From Acanthaster planci (Eukaryota): a DNA stretch of 64,000 nt. The stretch covers positions 4,016,148 through 4,080,147 of the forward strand of contig NW_019091361.1 in the NCBI RefSeq assembly GCF_001949145.1, written 5' to 3'. The position numbers and the translations under genes are program-made. The notes under the pieces are model-generated. The model saw only the letters and a program-made list of their open reading frames with translations, had not been told where the DNA came from and searched no databases. Below, piece by piece: positions 39,827-53,584 of this stretch (position 1 is the first letter of the stretch; every line of letters starts with the position of its first letter).

Positions 39827-42800
39827 GTGAACATTTACTTACAGGGGCACTTGTCAAATGGCAACTTGTTCATAATTAAGGCTGTCGGAAAGCCGACAAA
39901 AACCTGCCATTATGAACAGCCATTTCGAAATAAGGAAAGCATCCAGATGCAGGTGACAAACAATACTCTTATCACTGGTCGGAGAGTGTGCAGATTTTTA
40001 ATAAATTGTGCAGGTAGTTTTCTTGCAAATTTGGGGAAGAGGAAGATAGATGTACAGTGTATTTATAGGCAGGGAAATCCCCTATAGTTCACAGGGATTG
40101 TCGAAGACGAACTCTGAATGCAAAGCCAAAATATCCAGTAATCCCTCAGTACACATTCTCTATGCAAGTGCGCGCTGCATCACACGCTTGATGCAGATAG
40201 CACAGGACCCAGCCACCCATAGAAAAGCTGTAGGAAAGATACCAAACCCTGTGCCGATTATGGCCCAGTTCGATCAGTGACCACGGTCAGCTACAAGTCA
40301 ACTTTGCCTGTTGACCTGTGCCTGAAATATATGCTGAGTACTGGGCAAAATCAACAAGTAGTTGACGAATGGGCACTGACAGGACTTGGCCCAACTTGGA
40401 CATGCATCATGCAAGATTACACGTACATGTATGCAACCGTGGGTGATGACAACCAGCATTGTTATCAGAACTCGTGCTACACAACTATACAATGTACCGG
40501 CTGTTTTCTTCTTCTGACGATGATCATTTTGCAATTTGTAAAGGTCATGCATGGTTTTTGCCCATGGGAATTCTCAGAAAGCATGTTGTGTAATTGCATT
40601 GTTTGTGCGCACACACACAGAAGCCTGTCTCTCTACAGTGATTTCTGTGCCCGTGTGTCGAAAATGAAAGCCCTGTGGTGCTGATGAAATCTTACACTCA
40701 ACTTTTTTTCTGATTTGTTACAGCCATTGTATTTTAGTCTTTCAGTAAATAAAAGCAACTGATTTCAAAAGGGAAGACGAAAGAGCAGTACATGTATATT
40801 ATAATGCACGTATGAAACGAACAAAAACATTAGTGTCTGTAATCAGTCCTTTGTACAGAGGTGTGCTCTTTTCTCATTTTCTAAGTGTGCAGTGTATGAG
40901 CATAGAACAAAATATCAAGTACATATGTACTTTTTGTGACTTTTAAGGTCATCATTTGTGTTACTATATTCAAGTGCAATAAGTATTGTAAATCCAGGCT
41001 GTGTATATTAAATAGGAATTCTAAATACTGGTATGTTACGAACGAAAAAACTTTTATGAATGAGAAAGCAAAAAATACTTTTCTTTGATAACATTCCATA
41101 TTAAAGTGTAAGTGGGCATTTTGCATATATGTTAGTGTGTAGTGTTCCCTGGTTGCATGTGCATGAATAACACTAATAGAAATCTATGTGAAATGCTTTT
41201 AACTTGGACTAAGGCAAGTGGCCTCAAGTTACACTATATGAGTAATGAACCTTTTGCCTAATGAGTTCTTGTCTGCAAAACTGAACGTGAGATGCAAAAC
41301 AAAGAACTGTATGCCGGTACAGGTAGGCGGCTTGCTTCTTAAAACCTGGCAGATAAAGTCCTTTCATTTTGGTTTCTGGAGTTTTCTGTCTCATACTACT
41401 TTGACCCAAAGTACAGTTGTGCCTGTAGTGAAAACTGCAACAGTTGTGGAGTCGGTAGTTGTGATGAGCTGTGTTTTTTCCCCTCGTCCGGCTGGTAACT
41501 ACAGTGACACCCTTTCTGCCTGGTTTGAAGACGGTGGTTCACATTGTTTGTAAGGTTGCAGTGGTAATGCTCAGGAGTGTCCATCTTGTGAGTCGGTAAA
41601 GGTGCTGACAGGCAGCGGTGGATTCAAACGTTTTGGGCCGTGTTTTCTACCCCGCATCTGGAGACTCTGGGTCCTGTCCGACATGTTGGGCCCACCGGTT
41701 CTTTCCATCAGAGCCTCACCCACTCACGAATGAGATTCTCCTGCATGGTGCTACTGCAGGCTCACTGGTGCTGCTTTCTCTGCTAAGCAAAACCTCAACT
41801 CTCAGTGGCCCACTTTGTTTTCTTTCCAATGCATGTAGAGAACATACATCAGATCAGTGGAAATGTCAAGAGGCATTTTGAAGAATCCAGGCGCATTGTA
41901 AGTGAGCATATTTGCCCATCCAAACCAATTCTCTAGATTGCTTGCGGCTCATGTGTTTGCCAACTCGCCAATACTCCTCACTTACTGTCTGCTGGGAAAT
42001 AGTCCCCTAGATCCAACTTGGTAGGAGTATGGAGAAACAACTGAATAACTTTGAGCAGTCCTTCATGTGTAGCTAAATTACTGCCGCATAAAGAGCGTGC
42101 ACAAATATTCTTCGTCCATTGTAGAATATTAAGTACTGAAGATTGCTTCAGCCATAGCTGCGGTCTCTGTGTACTAGCTCAAATTATCCAAAATTCCAAG
42201 CGTCCAGGTATCCAAGTATAGATTTAACATTACTGAAGAAGTATTTCACGATATGTACATGGATCAGAATTCATATCCTTCTCAAAATTAATATTTATTG
42301 TAAACTGTACTACCAGTATATTGTACAACTTTACTATCGAATAGGAAGAAGAAGTTTAAAATCACATTTACCCTTTAAGTGGTATATACACTATGCGGGC
42401 CTCTTTGATTTTTGATTTTTATTTATCCTTTTGAAAGTGATCAAAAGAAATGTTTGCACTTTGTTTTGTGAGGAACAGACTCTCCTTACCTGTGCCCAGA
42501 TATTTGATTCAGTTACCCAGGCAATTTTTACCGGTTTTTTTTTACTGCACAGGAAAAAACATGTACAGTATTTCTAAAAAGGCCCAAGAGTGTGAATGAG
42601 TTTGTTTCAATTGGGAACCCTGAACAATAGAGGACAATAAGGTCCCCGATCGACAGAGGGTCCCCGATTGACAACTGTGTACAAAACATATGGGTGGTCT
42701 TCTAAAAAAAGTTGAAGTACAAATGAAAGAGGAACAATAGGGGGTCCCCAGTTGCAGGCAAATACACACTTGCGGGGGTGTGTTTGGACAAAGCACTGTG

Positions 42801-44530
42801 TTCCTTGCTTGGACCCGAGAACAAAAGACGTCCACACGGAACAGGATGCAGCGACATTATGTAGACTCAGGATGGTCCTCACAATGTTTCCCCCGCTGAA
42901 AAGCAGTTTCAGATCCATTATTGGGTAAGGGATATCCGTAGCAGAACAAAGAGGAAGAGTTGGGAATTGTCCCCCACAAAATGAGTATTTTTCGCCGTGG
43001 TTTCTTAATTTCACAAAGAGTGTCTCTTGTAAATATTTAATGCTAACCTGTGTGTGCTTGATCATTTATTTTCTGATTTATGCCATTTGATTACTAATGG
43101 ATATGGATAAGGTGTGTATTAACCATTAATTACTTTCTGTTCAGTTTGATAGTGTGTATTATGTTAATTTTTTTGTTTCAGCAAAACCGACATGACATTG
43201 TATTAGATGCAGAATTTTAAATTGTAATATAAATATCCAGCATTAATTCCATGTATAGAGATGTAAAAAAAAAAATTATGATGTGAAGAACTTATGCTTG
43301 AATTTTTGTGTGAAATCTTGTATACATATATTAATATTTGTCTAAATTCAATTCAGCAGTCATACTCCTTGCTCAAACTTCCTTCCATATCATTGGCAAT
43401 ACGCTGTTTCATTAATTACACTTTTTGTCTGCACGTTGTGAAACTGTAAAGAAAGGTAACTTTAAGAAAATTACTACATAAAGTTCTACAGTTGGAACCG
43501 GCCTCCCTAGGCCTTAGACCTGTTATGTTTTATTCTTCTTTGGAGACCAGTGATGCCATACCAGGCGATAAAGCATTTGATACACTTGTTCGACAACATT
43601 TCACCCACGGATTCTGCACTTTCAGAGATGTGTTACTTTTAATTGAACTGAAAAAAAAAAAGGATGCACATTCCTTTGGAAATGAGTTGAAAAGTCACTC
43701 TCACATTTCTAACTTCTCCAGAGCTGATGTTTCTTCATATACCAACTACTGAACATGCAGAATGCACAGTGGGTGCATACAGATGCTTCAGAGCTCTGGT
43801 TACTGTATTATATGTGACCTGCTCTGCCAAAAAGGGTAATAAGTCACGCAATGCCAAAACATGCTGTAGCCGCTTCTATTTCGAGAGGGCAAAATTTCTT
43901 GAAAAATGTAATTTTTGTGTGTGTTTCTAGTCCTTTAATAGCTTCTATAACATGTAAATTTTCAGACTTTGTGACTACAAACATGGATACTGCAGAATAA
44001 AGATGCAAAATTGATCATTCGGTAGGAAATCCAACATAGCATTTTCCATCTAAAAATGTAGATGTGCAAATGTCTATGTATCTCTGGAACCCAGCGCACT
44101 GCAGGGGTCATTCATATATCAAATTGTAGCTTGTGATGTACTCAATCCAGTCATATCCAAAACTGATAACCTGGATATGGTGACTTACATGTATTACCCA
44201 TTTTTCCAGAGCCGATCACATTATGACAATAGGCCATTGTTTGATAGTACTGCATTTTGAATGGCACAAAAAGTACATTAGAATACATGTAGTGTATGGC
44301 ATGAGAGACGGAAACATTACGTGAGGTGTTGTATTATTCATTACCCTTGTTTTCCAAGCTAGCACGAAGAATTCAGGGATATTTGCTCCTGGCTGTGTAT
44401 TTCAATTACATTTATAAACCCTGTTGTATTTTTTAGCTCTGTCTGAGTCCCTGCGTGCAGTGCCAGTTGCAAAGAATCTCACTGGACTGGGGGGAGCCAG
44501 TCTCCCGCAGCATGTTTGCTTGCATGTTAT

Positions 44531-44630
44531 TGTCTGAATCCTGCCCATCAATGTGTAGGGTACCAGTGTCTAAAGACACTGACAATGTCTGAATCCTGCC
44601 CATCAATGTGTAGGGTACCAGTGTCTAAAG
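44531..44630. repeat. Perfect 45-bp direct duplication with a 10-bp junction insert
   Basis: 44531-44575 = 44586-44630. Confidence 0.95.
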
Positions 44631-47600
44631 CCAGTTGATTATTCATGCTGTGAAATGGGAATGCCACTTGAGCAAAGTTTGGTGTTCGGAGCAAAATTGG
44701 ACAGAGTCGAATTCAACTTTTGCACACGTGCTTCTCAAAGATTTGATGTGGCACCTGGAAATTGAAGGCCTATGTTAAAGTGCATGCAGCCTTGACAATG
44801 CTGCACTTCCTTTTCCCATGTGGGTATACAGCAGGGCTTAAAAATCCAACTTTATGTAAGAAATTAGGGTGCATGTAGTTAAAGCATTTTGTTGTAATTA
44901 TCTGTGTAGAATTTGCCTTCTGATTTGGTTTAGAAATCCAACTATCCTTGTAACACTCTGTGCTTGTTTGCGTCTTCCAAACGTTGACTGTAAAAATGTG
45001 CTTGTCACCAGACCGCACTATGGAGACGTTACAATGTCACTCTGCAATTACTGCATTGTGTTACCATGATCAAGTCAAGCACATTCCTAATTAAACACAG
45101 TGCTGGGTGTGATGTTGGGGTTAATCATTGTTCATGTTACTTACATGGCAACACATCACGTGTGCGGCAAACACAACAATCACCCAGCAAAGTAACATCA
45201 GTGGATTCGAATCAGCCATCCCAAAGAATTTTTAGAATGGATGCCTGGGTAGGCAGTAAAGTACAATAATCCCTTAACATTCCCTCAAATTCAGATCACT
45301 GGGAAGCATCAACATGCCACTGCATCGTAGTCTTCTGATTCTGGAGAGTAATTTGTTTTGCCATTTATATGACTGTAGGTAATGTTAGTGCTGTATTACT
45401 TCAGGGCATTTTGATTTAAGATAAGAGAAAACAAAGTATCGAAATTCCTCAATTATATTTCTGACGCGTCATATTTAGCAACGCATATACAAATTTTGAA
45501 TCCGCTCTCTGTTCAGTGCACTATATTACTTAATATACCTGTATCTACACCACCAAGTATAGGCATATACATGTATAGATATTGGGACTGTATGTATGTA
45601 TGTATGTATATTTGTAAATACTCCAAAAATGGTGAAGAACAAATTCATGCAAAACAAAGAACAAAAACTAACAAAGTAGAGAGTTTTGAACTGTACATTG
45701 AAAGCACAAGAAAAGATGACAATAATATTGACAGGTGGAACAAGGTTACTGTTCCTGTAAGGATGATGATGTACGCCGGTGTGCAATCTAATCTACCTTT
45801 TTAGTTTATTTGTATTATTTAAGTTGGGTAAATGAATGTTTTATTTTTTTCAGTTTGGGACTCTTTTCTAGTGAGCAGATGTATGATAAAATATTTTGTT
45901 TACTAGGTGTCAGGTAGAATAGATATTATTGTTGATTATTTGCCAACAGCTTTCAGCTGTGCTGATGTTGTGATGCAAGTAGCCGTGTATAAACGCAAGA
46001 GAAGATGCTTTGTTAGGGATCGTCTTACGAACAAAGATACGTTCTCTCTCAAATCCCAGTTTGTAATTTGCAGTGAATATGTACAATGGATTAACCTCGT
46101 AAGAAATCTGCTTAATTTTTATGTCTGTGGCAAATTCATTAGTATAAAAGCCGTTCTCTCTGCAAAATGTGAGAAGTGTTTTACTTATGAGTGAACACCA
46201 CGACTGACTCTGTTAGCTGCTACGTACAGGTATTAGAAATTTTTATTAAAAGTTGTTTCGAGTTTAAGTTTTCATGCTCTGAGAAGAGTTGTACACAAGT
46301 TAAAGTCTGGCTCGTTTTCAAGACACAGTTCCAAATAGCAAACATGAACAGCCCAATACTTTTGTTTTCCAGCTTAAAAAAAAAACTGTGTCCCTGTTTT
46401 TTATGCGGTCATAATGTTATTATTACTGTCAGAAACCTGTGGAAAATAAAACATACAGCGCACAACTACATAGAAAAGCCTTTCGCTCTCTACATGTGGA
46501 GTTCTTAATCTTGAAGTTTCTTAATATAGCCCGCCGTCTACCTTCCTGAAGTATTCACTACACCCTCCTTGACTCCAAGGATGATTTCCAATGGGTTTGT
46601 CATCCTTGTCTCTCATTCCTGAGGTTTTGCAATCAGGGAGAATAGCTTGGTTAATTTGTCAAACCTTGAGGACTGCATGGTGCCCAGCACACCTGATGGT
46701 CAGGAATAGAGCTCTGTGATCATTAGAAATCATTATTACAGACCAGACGTCACCGAGACAGGTTATTAACGGGCTCATACAATTCGAATTTAACTGGAAA
46801 TGTCCTTGGGCTGAAAGGAGGGAGGTTGCAAGTGCCGATCAATAGTCATGTCAATAAGTAATGTCGCCGATTGATGAGATTTTGATGCAGTCAGTTCTTG
46901 AGGTCGTGACAAATCAGCAATGGTAATTAAAACTATATGTTATTTTTTGGGGGGGGGAAGTCTTGATGCTTTTTGTCATGCAATATTTTTTAGGGGGAGG
47001 GGGATGTTCAGGAAGGGTGAATTTGAGAGAAAAGTGGCCCCCTAAAATTTCATACGGCATGTGCAATTCTGGACGGTGTAACAAGAGCCGTAAGGGCAAA
47101 TCACTACTTAACTGATAGCTTGAAGGTGTAGTCATGGATTTCTAAATATTTCATCATTATATTGAGAGCAAATTTGGCCTTTGCAGCCATGAAATTCCTT
47201 GTTTCTGTTACAGAAACCACGTCATATGCATGGTCTGCATGGAATGCAAAGGTTCCATTGGAAGAAAATAACAAAACCAGCTTTAAATCGGGGATCAGTC
47301 CCTTGGACTAGGGTGCTTGATTTGTGTTGTTTGCTCACCGTCAAGGGATTTCTTTTCCTCGAAGTCCCAATACACTGGGATAGTGCAGTCTTTCCGGCCC
47401 AGCTCTCTGCAGGTAGTTAATTACCTGGTTAACTAGTAATCAAGGCGTGGGTTGGTTCAGTCCCTGTGTCTGCTTCAAGCAATCACCACAAGGCATTGTC
47501 GGTAATTGTTCAGAGATAGAGATGCAAAGGCGAGCGTCTGCTATGTCAAAACGACTGTTTTCAAACAGGAGAAATAATATGTGACAACCCAGGTTCATAC

Positions 47601-50311
47601 CATGCTATAGTTACGAAACCATTATGAGGTTTGAGTATAAAGCAAAATCATACACTACTTTAACAATTTGCAGCTGGACAAATTCTCATTTGCCAAATTC
47701 ATTTAAAATTGGAATTTGAAAGCTGAATAGTTTTTGCACTAGGACATCACAAAATAAAAAATGTGCTCCCCAGCCTTAGTGAAGAACATTCTATGATCAA
47801 TTTGAGTTTAGTTGTAAATCCTCGCAAAATAGACCCTTTGACTGTTATCTTTTGACTTTGGTCTTTGTCATCTTGTCAAAATATTAATTTCACACCATAT
47901 AACTCACGTTCAAATCCAAAAGCTTGAGTTGCAAGAATGGCATACATACATGTACTGATAATCTGACTTAATGCAATATACATATATTTATGTTATCATT
48001 TAATGTTTAGTAATGTAATTGATGTACAGTAACCAGTGTGACTGGGTAGAATAAACCCTGCAGCAAACTGCAGGGTTGGAAATCTTGAAATTAAACACAT
48101 TCCTCGAGCTTCTAAAATTGCTTGTTATTGTATCCACTTTTTTAAAATCTAATTTATTATTGGACAGTATTTTTGCTTGGCATTATTAGGTCGTTTCCTA
48201 TACCTATTATGTATGTGGCTTTTTTAAGGCAATTTCTTTCAGAATTGTCTGGAAGAACAAAGTCAGTGAAAATTTTAAAAAAGCGGCACAGGGTTCATCT
48301 GAAGTTAGTTTTTGTCAAATGATCACATTCCCCAAAGTCAGATATATTGATTTTATTTCTAAGAGTTTTTAGTTTTGGTTTTCAGACATTCACAAGGGAT
48401 CCTTTCCAGCAGCACAAAAATATTCTTAACTTATCAATTCCAAATGAATGGGCACGCGCAGTCCATTCTGAAATGTTTTGGCATTTCATGTTAAAATGGA
48501 AATGCCTATTAAGTGCAGCCAACCTTGGAAAATTGCAGACATGCAAAGGCAATTCATTTTTAGCCAATGAACGTACTGACGGTGGGCTTTAATCCCTTGT
48601 GAGCTCCCAGCTGGACCAAGAAAGGGGTCAATTTTCCTAGCAACGGAGGCTCCTTTGGTTCCCTGGTTCACAGATGACTAGGAAATGCACGCCTTAATGT
48701 TGCATTGCTACTACCAACCAAATGAACATTTCGCATCAACATGGCTCTTTTCAACGGACGTGGAGGTGCTTCTGCTCAAGGCAGATTAAGGCCAAATTTA
48801 CGGACAACTCCAGCCTCTTCTGTAGTGTTTAGACACTCTAACCTGATAACAGGAATTTGGAGTTAGTACTGAAATCAGCCTGATTTAGGGCCTATAATTT
48901 TAAAACAATTCAGTGGTGAGGATCTTGTTGGAAGTTATCAGTCAATTAATTTGGTTCCCATGATACAATGAAAGTGCAGCTTCTTTCATAAAAGACAGCT
49001 TCTGCTTAAAAAGTAGAAACCACACAGTTGGACAAACCTCTCCGAGTCACTTTGCTTTAAGACTTCTTCCTCGAGTGGAAAGCACTCAAGGGAAACGTCC
49101 GGAACATCACAAACTCTTAACAGAAAAGGGGAAAAAAGAATGTCATACCACAGAGAACCTTAGGAGTTAACATTTCAGTGTCAGCATCATCTTTGAGACA
49201 TAATCTGCTGCTATCTCGATGAGGTTTTGGACGCTTTGCAGACGGGAATTTTTTTCCACTGAGGAATTTGTCTCAGTGTTGTGGTCAAGACCATCACGAG
49301 TCCCCACAAGACTGTCACAAGACCAACACAAGACCTCAACCCTGAATTCAAGTCACAAGCTATTCTAATTAACTCCAACAAAAGCATTCCTTTGCACTGC
49401 TCACCCTGTTACTGGGGACTGGTCTTTCATTGCCTGATCATGCATGGCCTTGACAAACATGGATTTGTCTCTGAGGAATAGCCCCCAGCACAGAAGTAAC
49501 GCAGCTGCCGTTCTCTTTTGTGCCACTCTGCTTATGTGTTGAGTTCTTTTAGTGTTGGCTTGTTACACAGTGTACCTGCAACTGGTTTTTCCTTTTTGCA
49601 CAGTGCTGTAAAATTCACTGCTTCCTAGCTGCCGACTCAACCTCGCTATTCATCCTCATTAATACTCTACTTTCCAGGTGTCAACAGTGGGGACCACTGG
49701 AAACCCATGGTGTTGATATGAAGAGCTAGCCACTCAATACAGCTGGAGGGGCAGCGTAATCCCAGACCTAATCAAACTGCTACCTCCGTGGGGAAGGTTG
49801 GGGGGATTGGACTAGCCTGCTCTGCTATAAACTTGATAAAACTACGGGGGAAAAACAACCAATCGAGAAACCATCCAGAAGGGATACTCTATAGGGGTGG
49901 ATTCCCGTGTGGAGACTGTGAAAAATTCACAAGTTGCGAAACGCGGTCTGCGGGGTCCGTGCAGGGTGCAAATTAATAAGGCAGGATCGTGGCAGAGTGC
50001 AACGAGTTGGCAACAGCAAAGACCCTCCGAGGGAATTCACGTGGCCGCCACCAGCACACCCAGAAAATTGAATTTATAAGATGTACATAACTGCAAGTCA
50101 TAACGAGGGGAAGAGCTCAGCCTGTGAAAGTGAGAGATGCATCATTATCATGCAGGTCTGTCTTCTTGCAGAGGAAGTCTGGGATTCAAACCTGGTAAAA
50201 AGGGCAACCTGTGTGGGCAGAAGACAGCTGAAAAGAACCAAGGAAACTTTCACAGAAAGCAGTGTCACAAGGAAGTCAAAGATAAAACCCTAAATTTTGG
50301 ATATCAAATAA

Positions 50312-50671
50312 GCTACTTGCGAGTTAAATTTGAATAAAATCTGGTACACTGTGTTATCTGATTGCACAGAAACATAACAATTTGAATTCCACAGACTAAA
50401 GACACTGTTGCTATACCTCGTGATTCGGGGCAAGCTTTTGCATAGCAACCACCATCTCTGGAATGAGCTGGTTCCTTTGTGCCGTTCTTATCCATTGAGA
50501 ACAGTGTATTGTTGCAAGGTGTCTCTTCTGTAACTAAGCAACAGCTTGCCCCAAATCACGAGGTATACATGTAGCAACAGTGGTTTTTAGTATGAAGAAT
50601 TCAAGTTACGTTCATGTGAATTTAAAGAACTCAGTGTTCCAGATTTTATTCAAATTTAACAGGCAAATGGC
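50312..50671. repeat. Long diverged inverted repeat (about 135-bp arms, about 80-bp loop), probable fold-back element
   Basis: GTTAAATTTGAATAAAATCTGG.ACACTG ... CACTGTTGCTATACCTCGTGATT.GGGGCAAGCT is mirrored at 50530-50671. Confidence 0.85.
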
Positions 50672-52075
50672 TCATTTTGCATCATTCTTCCATGGATCAC
50701 CCTTGCCCCTCTCATTCTAAGGAAACCTCCTGCTGTGCAGTCGAACACAGTGTCAAAATGCAATGACCTCCACTCTGCTAAATAATTACATGAAAATTAT
50801 AAAACATCAGATTGTTTCCATCAAAAGTAAACCTGAGATATTATTGGACACTCTTCTTCTAAGGCAATGTTTGTGACCGAGAAGCCATTTTAAAATGGCC
50901 ATCACAAAGTTACAGTATAAACACATTTCTTATTTTGGTCCGTTTGTTTTATGTACATGTATATTGCATATACATATCTATTATGCCAACTTCGCCACAA
51001 AATTCACAAAGTGATGTATCATATATTTCCCAGATCCCTAAAATGCATAGTCTACATGTCGTATGCTGCTGGCCGGTGTGTCAAACTATCCAATCGCTTT
51101 GTGATACGACTGACAAATTCAACCATGACAGTTTTCTCAAAGTCTCACTGAGGTGAAGTTGTGGCATGTCTGGGTACACCAAAACCTTTCACAATTCCTT
51201 CAATCTGAGGACAATGTCTCAACAATGAAGAGTTACTCACTTCTATGTTTTCATCAACTATTTCTAGCACATGCACTTACATGTATTTCTAGTAACTCAA
51301 GGGTGACAGACATCAGTGAATTGACGAGCCACAAGGTTGTATAATTCTGTCCTTTCGGATTTTATCGTGTTTATTCAAGATGTTACAGCAGGTTTTTCAT
51401 CAGCACCCTCAGCAGAATGAGGTAGTGCCAGGCATGCTGCAGGAATCTAGCTCACAAAAAAATAACAGACCTGTGAGCACTTAGATTCTGAGGGAATTAC
51501 CACTGAAACAGACGTATTCACCAATTAACCAAAATGCCACAGACAAGACAAATACAAGCAAATGTTACTTACAACTTATACACATACAGAATTTTGGTAA
51601 CATTATACTTATTTTGTATATATTTGTAGTTGATTGTCACAACTGGATGCAGTTGAAGCCAAAAGATTGAAATCTCATACTCTCCAGTCACCCACTGACT
51701 AGCTTTTGGACTGATCCACTTGAGAAATGTGACATTACTTGGTCACATTTCTAAACTTCTCAGTTTGTCTACTCAGTCTGTTGATGCAATCTAACCCACT
51801 GGGTTGTGCCAGACTGCCCATCTTGGAAAATGGAACAGATATCCTGTTGTCTGTTGAACTTAAAAGGACATACAGGATTAAGAGTTTTTTGGGTTAGCTC
51901 CTGGGGTACAGGTGTAGCTTTGGATCCATTATACCCACCTGTCTTCTCTTGATGACCAGGTTAATAGCTAATTACAGGCCAATGTCTTATGCTAAGAAGC
52001 TTGCTATCCCCAATACATACACATTTACATTTAATTACCCAGAAAACAAAAAAATACAAATGCATTTGTTGTGTT

Positions 52076-52282
52076 TATTTGCTCTGTGCACGCTGCCGCC
52101 ATAGGCATGTAGAGCCTTGAGCTGGCAGCTTTACACAATAAACATAGCCAGTTCAGGGGTTCTTGTGTGTGCTGTGTTAGTTCTGATGCCATGTGATTGG
52201 ACAAAGCGATTCTGACACGACTGTACAAGCTGCCAGTTCCAGGCTCTGCATGCCTATGGTGGCAGTGTGCAAAGAGCAAATA
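52076..52282. repeat. Inverted repeat with about 60-bp arms (52076-52135 / 52222-52282)
   Basis: TATTTGCTCTGTGCACGCTGCCGCCATAGGCATGTAGAGCCTTGAGCTGGCAGCTT vs reverse complement TATTTGCTCTTTGCACACTGCCACCATAGGCATGCAGAGCCTGGAACTGGCAGCTT. Confidence 0.9.
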
Positions 52283-52328
52283 GAGTATAAAGGACATGGG
52301 TGTCCACTGTCCAGATGTTTGCCTTTAA

Positions 52329-52910
52329 CCACTCCCTGCCGGGGATTCCGGATCCGGACACGTATGCTTTATATGCGTGGCCGGGGTCTCGGACAAAGGG
52401 AACAGGGCCTTGTAACAAAAGACCGTACTCGGTACAAAAGAACAGGCTGCTGGGAATTACCAACATTTTTTCACTCTCAAAAGTGGAGGTAATCCAGCCT
52501 TGTTTTGAAACAGTATACCATGGTTTGGGGCATTTAGAGCGAGCGGATTACCACCGGGGACAAATGGGCTCCACCACCGCAGCGATGAGCTACACAGCAC
52601 CGCTGCGTGCTAATCTGGCCCCTATTGAAAAGAGGTCTGCAGCACACTGAGTCAGGTTTGTGAACAAAAGAAAGCTATATAACACTGCACAATCTGGGCT
52701 CTTTTTACAAGGCTGCAGGCCTGGCTGAAATACTCAGACGTCAATAGATTTTGTCTGTCAGGCTAGAGGGGCCACCAGACAGTCCTTCACATGTTTGTAA
52801 GTGTCCAGAAAATGAAGATAGGAATTTCAAAGAATTTTGAAAACAGACAAAAATGATGAATATCCCGGCCCAGCATCATCAACATTGACAACTGCCCCAG
52901 CAGGAAATGG
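52329..52910. mobile_element. Non-autonomous piggyBac-like element, TTAA TSD
   Basis: TTAA|CCACTCCCTGCCGGGG ... CCCCAGCAGGAAATGG|TTAA; a diverged second copy lies at 38403-38761. Confidence 0.8.
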
Positions 52911-53385
52911 TTAAAAATGTAGAAAATAGACAGTCGTTGGAAACTACCACATAAATTATGCTCGTGCTAGAACAACTACATGCAGTTTGCTGGTTAATGC
53001 TTTGTCGGTCTATTTACACTCAACAGTGGTCAGACTTTTTAATGAAAGGAATCTTGAATTCTGCGTAGCAGTATGCCCAGTAGTTGAGTCAACTTCATAT
53101 GTATGGCGTTAAGCATGTATTGGAGTCCTCCTTGCCAAATCTTGCTGAGCGAAATCTGTCCGTGTCCATTTGGCATAATTTGGGTGCTACGTAGCTTCAA
53201 GATGACTTTCCCTGTCCTGACTGTTCTGCCCCTCGGGGGCTCATACCAAGACTACAGCTATCGACTGTATAACACGTACATGTACTAGAGGTTTCACACT
53301 AAACTGTAAAGTACTACTGCCTCATTGCATGTTCCACTGTGCCTTTAGGCGGCTGGTTTGACTGTGCCAACTGCGGCAACTGCCA

Positions 53386-53435
53386 ACTCCCGACAGGCTG
53401 TCAGTTCCTTACTCCCGACAGGCTGTCAGTTCCTT
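53386..53435. repeat. Perfect 25-bp tandem duplication (ACTCCCGACAGGCTGTCAGTTCCTT x2)
   Basis: Read directly. Confidence 0.95.
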
Positions 53436-53584
53436 CTCTCCAGGGGATCTTTTTTGAGACTTTACGACTTGGTTAGATTCCAAAACCCTCTCTGCAAAGA
53501 CTGGTTCACTCCATTCTCCTCCAAAATTGGCATTATAAGCCCCCCCCGGTGAGAAGAACTAATTAAGGCGATACTATAGACTAT

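Noticed and set aside
42608..42754. Small element with CAATTGGGAACCC / GGGTCCCCAGTTG ends and internal GGTCCCCGAT repeats
   Set aside because: TIR is short and mismatched with no TSD; plausible old MITE but not supportable.
50178..50196. tRNA B-box-like word on the minus strand
   Set aside because: No cloverleaf or A-box; at most a SINE remnant.
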